Shown here in pieces: positions 59,268-64,000 of a stretch of 64,000 nt of DNA. The notes under the pieces are model-generated. The model ran no database searches and had not been told where the DNA came from. It saw only the letters and a list, made by a program, of their open reading frames with translations. This stretch comes from Myxococcota bacterium (lineage in GTDB: Bacteria > Myxococcota_A > SURF-8): the NCBI GenBank assembly GCA_965140415.1, contig OZ223209.1:448001-512000 (forward strand), written 5' to 3'. A program made the position numbers and the translations under genes. Every line of letters starts with the position of its first letter. The stretch's first letter is position 1.

Positions 59268-60182
59268 GTGAAGATTCAAGCGTATCCCGAATACCTTTTC
59301 GACCCGTCCACCCGGCATATGCTCTCGGTCGCTCATCAGGACGATGAAATCATGTACTGCGGTTTGATCCAGCGCTGGGGCGAGGATTGCCGCTTTTTAT
59401 GGACGACCAACGGCGATGGGCTGGCACCGTTCGTCAATGCGGACCCGAAGGAATATGCCGAAATCCGCAAAGCGGAAACGGATGCCGTATTGACCACGCT
59501 GGGACGTTCGCTGTCGTTGCGCCGCTGCATGGATTACTCTGAAATCGAGATCTACGACAATTTCGTCGACTTGACGCTTGCGCCGCAGCGCACCGAAGAA
59601 ATCATGGATTTCTTTTACAAGATCGGCTGTGAAATCTACCGGGAAATCAAAGAATTCAACCCGGATGTGGTGTGGTCGGGAGCCTTTCAGAACGGGCATC
59701 CCGAACACGATTTGGTACATTTCCTTTCCGGGTATGCCATTCGCCAGATCAATAGCGAACAGGAAAAACAGATCGCTTTTTATCATCTGCCTGAATACGA
59801 GTACACGATCCTGCTGCCGTTCCGTTTTCATCCCCGCTACAAAGGCATCATTCACGCCATCGAACTGACGGAAAAGGAAGTGGAAGTCAAAGCCCAGGCG
59901 TTGCAATGCTATCCCAGCCAGGTGGATTTGTTTACCAAGTTCGAGCGTGTATTCAATGGGTTGGGTAAGTTGTCCGGTTTGCTCGGAAAGCCTTTTACCG
60001 CAGAAGATTTCTTAAAGAAGGAAATCTTCTCGAAGGTGCCGGATGACATCGATTACACGAAATCCACCCATTGGTTCGAGTTCGAGAATTACATCGGCGA
60101 CAAGAACAAGAATATCAAAGTTCGCTTTGACCGTCACGTCGGAGCGATTGCCGCCCGGATGCGCGATCGGCCTTTCGCCTGA
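59268..60182 (+). CDS. PIG-L/LmbE family deacetylase
   Basis: AHQDDE, TTNGD, R..E...V, GHPEHD and K..AL.CY.SQ motifs. AGGAGG RBS before the GTG start. Confidence 0.88.
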   Translation: MKIQAYPEYLFDPSTRHMLSVAHQDDEIMYCGLIQRWGEDCRFLWTTNGDGLAPFVNADPKEYAEIRKAETDAVLTTLGRSLSLRRCMDYSEIEIYDNFVDLTLAPQRTEEIMDFFYKIGCEIYREIKEFNPDVVWSGAFQNGHPEHDLVHFLSGYAIRQINSEQEKQIAFYHLPEYEYTILLPFRFHPRYKGIIHAIELTEKEVEVKAQALQCYPSQVDLFTKFERVFNGLGKLSGLLGKPFTAEDFLKKEIFSKVPDDIDYTKSTHWFEFENYIGDKNKNIKVRFDRHVGAIAARMRDRPFA

Positions 60183-60254
60183 TTGGTAGGCGGAGCAAGT
60201 CCCATCTGATTGTACGGGGCGGCGAAATTCCGTGATGTACAGGAGGCACAAGTC

Positions 60255-61619
60255 ATGCGTGCTCGGATAATCAGCATAGTGGCGATCCTGTTGTGTTGGA
60301 TCATGGCGGCGGCAAACGCGCAGGCCGGTGAGATTATCCGCCTGGATCAGGCGCAGCGGCTGGCGCTGGAAAACAATCACGATATCAAGGAACTGGTGGA
60401 GAAAAAACAGCGGGCGGACATTACCCTGATTCGCGCCTGCACGATGCTGCTGCCCAGTATCTACCTGCGCGGGTCGATCACACGCCACGACAAGAGCATC
60501 AAGTTTCCATCCGACAGCGATATGGATCTCTTACAGACCGCCTGCGATCAGGGCGACGTTTCTTCCTGTGCGACCTTGCAGTCCACCGAGCAGATGACGA
60601 TCCAGGATTTGTGGGGTTATTCGACTTCGTTGACTGCGACCATGCCGCTGTTCTACCCACGTTCGATTCCGCTGATCATGAATGCCGATAGTGGTGTGGA
60701 TGTGATGGATTTGATGAAGCGCCACGGCGAGTCAGAACTGTTGTATTCGGTTACGGCGGCTTATTATGCGGTGTTGCAGGCGGATAAGCTGGTTGACGTT
60801 GCCGAGAAAGCCCTGGAACGCTCGCAAGATCATTTAAAGAGCGCACAAAACAAGGTCAAAGCCGGTAAAGGCGTGCGCCTGGAAGTGCTGCGCGCCGAGA
60901 TGCGTATCGCCGAAGCGGAAAAGGCACTGACGGAAACCACCGCCGGACGCGATCTGGCCCGGCAGGGATTGGGGTTCTTGATCGGACGCCCGGAAACGTT
61001 TGGCGTTGTGTTGCCGGAAATCGTGGCCAAGCAACCGGAAGGCAGCGTACCTTCACTGGTGGAAAACGCTCAGCGACAACGTTTGGATTTGCGGGCGATG
61101 CGAGAAAACGTGGTGATTGCAGATCGCAACAACACCGATGCCTGGCTGAAATTCGCACCGGACTTTTCAATTCAAGGAAGCTATAGTTGGGCCAACGCCA
61201 GCGGCTTTTCCAATTCCAATTCAAGCTGGCAGGTGATGTTCATGGCCAATCTGCCGATTCTGGAAGCCGGAACGCAGGTTGCGGATATCATGGAAACCGC
61301 CAGTAAAACCCGTTCCTCGCAGATCGAAGCGGATAAATTGGCCGAGCAGATCGCCAATCAGGTGCGCGAGGCGGAACTGAATTTGAATCAAGCGCGTGCG
61401 AAACTGGACGTTTCGATCAAGCAATCGGAACTGGCCAGGGAAAACTATGAACTGGTCAAGCGTCAGTACGATGTCGGCCTGGTGGACAACCTCACGATGC
61501 TGGATGCCGAAACGGAGTTGTTCCGGGCGGAGCAGTCGCAGGCGCGTGAAGAACTCTCTGAAATTCTGGCGATTCTGACTTTGCGTCAGCGTTCCGGTTT
61601 CATTTTGGGAAGGAAATAG
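60255..61619 (+). CDS. TolC-family outer-membrane channel
   Basis: Signal peptide, LALENN.DI, VTAAYYAVL and QYDVGL...L..LDAE motifs. Confidence 0.92.
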   Translation: MRARIISIVAILLCWIMAAANAQAGEIIRLDQAQRLALENNHDIKELVEKKQRADITLIRACTMLLPSIYLRGSITRHDKSIKFPSDSDMDLLQTACDQGDVSSCATLQSTEQMTIQDLWGYSTSLTATMPLFYPRSIPLIMNADSGVDVMDLMKRHGESELLYSVTAAYYAVLQADKLVDVAEKALERSQDHLKSAQNKVKAGKGVRLEVLRAEMRIAEAEKALTETTAGRDLARQGLGFLIGRPETFGVVLPEIVAKQPEGSVPSLVENAQRQRLDLRAMRENVVIADRNNTDAWLKFAPDFSIQGSYSWANASGFSNSNSSWQVMFMANLPILEAGTQVADIMETASKTRSSQIEADKLAEQIANQVREAELNLNQARAKLDVSIKQSELARENYELVKRQYDVGLVDNLTMLDAETELFRAEQSQAREELSEILAILTLRQRSGFILGRK

Positions 61620-61622
61620 AAC

Positions 61623-62393
61623 ATGCGGTTAAGGGGTTTCTTAGCGGCGATTGTCGTTTGGTTCATGATCTTCCCATGCTGGGCGCAGGATGCGGAACAG
61701 CTACCCGAAAAGGTGGAAACAACAGTCGAACAACCAAGTGGTACTCCTGCGGCTAAAAAAGCGACGAAACCGGAAAAACCGGAAAGCGACACACTGGCGG
61801 GAGTCGATGTTCTATTGAACAACAAAATGCTTTTCGATCCCGTACCGGGAAGTTGGGCGCGTTATCGATTGGAAGAAAAGATCCAGCAGCAGAGTCGGGA
61901 AATTCTGGTCGGTATCGGACCGCGGCGTGGCGCGATTGCCAAAAACAGCTACTGGATCGAAATCATCACTACCAGTAAAAGCGGCACCGAGGTTAAAATC
62001 GGCGTTTTGTATCGAATCGACAAGACCGGTCGGCACGAGGTGGATCGCCTGGTCGTCAAGATGGGAGATCATCCGGCGGTGGAACTGCCGGACAGCTCGA
62101 CCGAATATTCATTGACGCGGGAAAAGCCGGTGCGTTACGCCCAGTTGGGAATGGAAAAAGTCGAAGTTCCCGCCGGGCGGTTCGATGCCGAGCGTGGACG
62201 CTTCCGCTATACGGAAGATGAAGTGATGGAAGTGTGGACTTCCAAAGATGTGCCGCCCTTTGGTATCGTGCGCGCCATGTCGATCACCTACGATCTGCAG
62301 CTGATGGAATACGGCTCCGATTTCGAACCGATGGAGTTGGGCGAGCCGATGATTCTAAAGAGCCCCGAACCCTTCAATGCAAACAAGCCATGA
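61623..62393 (+). CDS. Secreted hypothetical protein
   Basis: Signal peptide and motifs GSWARY, EKVEVPAGRF and VW.SKDVP.FGIV. The stop overlaps the xerD ATG. Confidence 0.75.
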   Translation: MRLRGFLAAIVVWFMIFPCWAQDAEQLPEKVETTVEQPSGTPAAKKATKPEKPESDTLAGVDVLLNNKMLFDPVPGSWARYRLEEKIQQQSREILVGIGPRRGAIAKNSYWIEIITTSKSGTEVKIGVLYRIDKTGRHEVDRLVVKMGDHPAVELPDSSTEYSLTREKPVRYAQLGMEKVEVPAGRFDAERGRFRYTEDEVMEVWTSKDVPPFGIVRAMSITYDLQLMEYGSDFEPMELGEPMILKSPEPFNANKP

Positions 62394-63328
62394 ATGCCTG
62401 GAACCTGGATCGGGCACTGGACGAATTCAGCGCGTATCTGAAGATCGAGCGTCGCTTGTCTGCCAATACGCTTGCCGCCTATAACCGCGATTTGACACGC
62501 TATCTGGATTTTCTGCAAACACGCGGCATCGAAACGCCTCTTCGCATTCAGCGGGAGGACGTTCGGGATTTTCTGGCGGATTTGAGCGAACAGGGATTGG
62601 GAGCGCGCACCCGTAGCCGCATGACCAGCGCCTTGCGCGGCTTTCATCGTTTTCTGATCAAGCGAAACGTCTGTGAGCACGATCCTAGTGCCGACGTGCA
62701 TTCTCCCAAAGCCGGGCGCAAGCTGCCGCGCGTGCTGTCCGAAGAGGAAATCCGGGCGCTGCTTGCCGCACCGGATGTGGAAACTCCATTGGGACTGCGG
62801 GATCTGGCGATTTTCGAAGTGCTTTACGCTTCGGGGCTGCGCGTGTCGGAATTATGCGATCTGGATGTGAGCGCCGTAAATCTGGAGGCCGGGTTTTTGC
62901 GTGCCTTCGGCAAGGGCAAAAAAGAGCGACTGGTGCCGATGGGTGAAAGCGCCAGGCAGGCGGTGGAACGCTATTTGAAACAGGCGCGATCCTTGCTGCA
63001 AGATCCCCGTAAGCCCTCCCCTGCTCTGTTTGTCAGTCGGCGCGGTAAACGGTTGACACGCGACGCCGTTACGAAGCTGGTCGAGAAATACAGCTTATTA
63101 GCCGGAATTACTCGTAAAATTTCACCGCACGTGCTGCGCCACAGCTTTGCGACTCATTTATTGGAACATGGTGCGGATCTGCGAGCGGTGCAGGCCATGT
63201 TGGGTCATGCCGATATCGGCACCACGGAAATCTACACGCACCTGGATCGGGAAGTGATCCGGCGCACCTATACCAACGCCCATCCGCGAGCCGGGCGCAA
63301 AGCAAAAAACAGCACTTCGGAAGAGTAA
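62390..63328 (+). CDS. xerD: Site-specific tyrosine recombinase XerD
   Basis: LSANTLAAYNRDL, RDLAIFEVLYASGLRVSEL, GKGKKERLVP and SPHVLRHSFATHLL..GADLR.VQ.MLGHADI.TT.IYTH...HPRA. Confidence 0.93.
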   Translation: MNAWNLDRALDEFSAYLKIERRLSANTLAAYNRDLTRYLDFLQTRGIETPLRIQREDVRDFLADLSEQGLGARTRSRMTSALRGFHRFLIKRNVCEHDPSADVHSPKAGRKLPRVLSEEEIRALLAAPDVETPLGLRDLAIFEVLYASGLRVSELCDLDVSAVNLEAGFLRAFGKGKKERLVPMGESARQAVERYLKQARSLLQDPRKPSPALFVSRRGKRLTRDAVTKLVEKYSLLAGITRKISPHVLRHSFATHLLEHGADLRAVQAMLGHADIGTTEIYTHLDREVIRRTYTNAHPRAGRKAKNSTSEE

Positions 63329-63337
63329 GCTCTGCTA

Positions 63338-63518
63338 TAGCCTTTATTTGATCATTCCTGTCCATCGAATAATAGTGATGTGCCATGGTCTCACGGAATG
63401 GAAATTCCGGGAGGCCGTGTGTAACCTATTGAAGACACACAGCCTTCCACGATCTTCGATCGCGTAAGACTATGGCACACATTCTTGGAATCGGTAAAAA
63501 TGACTAATACCTAGCCTA
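63338..63518. mobile_element. Repeat family B MITE-like element (181 bp, long internal hairpin)
   Basis: Shares CCACGATCTTCGATCGCGTAAGAC.ATGGCACA..TTCTTGGAATC and AATACCTAG with 44425-44537. Nested inverted repeats TGTGCCATGGTCTCACG/CGTAAGACTATGGCACA and GGAGGCCGTGTGT/ACACACAGCCTTCC. Confidence 0.7.
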
Positions 63519-64000
63519 GAGCAGTTTTTCCGCGATCTGTACGGCGTTCAATGCCGCGCCTTTGCGTAAGTTATCGGATACACACCAGAAATTAAGAGCA
63601 TTGGGATTGACTCGATCTTTGCGGGTGCGGCCCACATAAACTGGGTCCGTGCCGCTGGCCGTACTGGCGAGCGGGTAGAGTTTGTTCGCCACATCATCGG
63701 CAACCTGCACGCCATCCATTTTCTCCCACAACGAAATAGCTTCCTGAACTTCTACCGGACGTGCAAACTCGGCGTAAACGCTCTCGCTATGACCGTTTTT
63801 AACCGGTATCCGTACGCAGGTGGCCGTTACACCGATGTTTTCGTCGCCCAGGATTTTGTGGGTTTCCCAGACCATTTTCATCTCTTCCTTGGTCCAACCG
63901 TCCTCTAGGAAGACGTCGATCTGCGGCAGCGCATTGAAGGCGATAGGATGAGCGAACACCTTGTAATCATAGGGTTCTCCCGCCAGATCGGCGCGGGTGC
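63516..64000 (-). CDS. asd: Aspartate-semialdehyde dehydrogenase (5' part outside window)
   Basis: IAFNALPQID, EE.KM..ET.KIL, TATCVRIPV..GHSE and DNLRKGAALNAVQIAE. Confidence 0.97.
   Translation of the reverse strand, partial: TRADLAGEPYDYKVFAHPIAFNALPQIDVFLEDGWTKEEMKMVWETHKILGDENIGVTATCVRIPVKNGHSESVYAEFARPVEVQEAISLWEKMDGVQVADDVANKLYPLASTASGTDPVYVGRTRKDRVNPNALNFWCVSDNLRKGAALNAVQIAEKLL

Noticed and set aside
62390-63328. Tyrosine recombinase as a phage or island integrase
   Set aside because: Its size and motifs match housekeeping XerD. I saw no tRNA, att repeats or phage genes nearby.

Overview
Bacterial chromosomal segment of roughly mid-50s %GC (estimated by eye). The gene content (tetraheme cytochrome c3, multi-PAS hybrid kinase, Asp-rich Cys-containing lipoproteins) suggests a deltaproteobacterial (Myxococcota/Desulfobacterota-like) organism; this is inference. 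The housekeeping backbone includes typA, msrB-msrA, a class A PBP, xerD, asd, an acyl-CoA dehydrogenase and an FAD/Fe-S oxidoreductase. Accessory envelope genes are interspersed with it. The most notable locus is 52.6-59.2 kb: two paralogous unknown membrane proteins, a radical SAM enzyme resembling tetraether synthase (Tes/GDGT-MAS, MJ0619 family), a GT-C-like polytopic protein, a second radical SAM enzyme and a UbiA prenyltransferase, tightly coupled from 53.6 kb onward and followed by a PIG-L deacetylase and TolC. It is a candidate undescribed lipid or glycolipid biosynthesis system. Also notable are a three-gene lipoprotein/repeat-fibre/DUF1566 surface cluster, several DGD-repeat lipoproteins, two families of small dispersed palindromic elements (one always starting at a TAG stop codon), a candidate structured RNA leader, a Pho-box-like site and a TetR-type operator. 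I recognised no rRNA, tRNA, CRISPR array, transposase or prophage. All family calls come from motif recognition by eye, not database searches.
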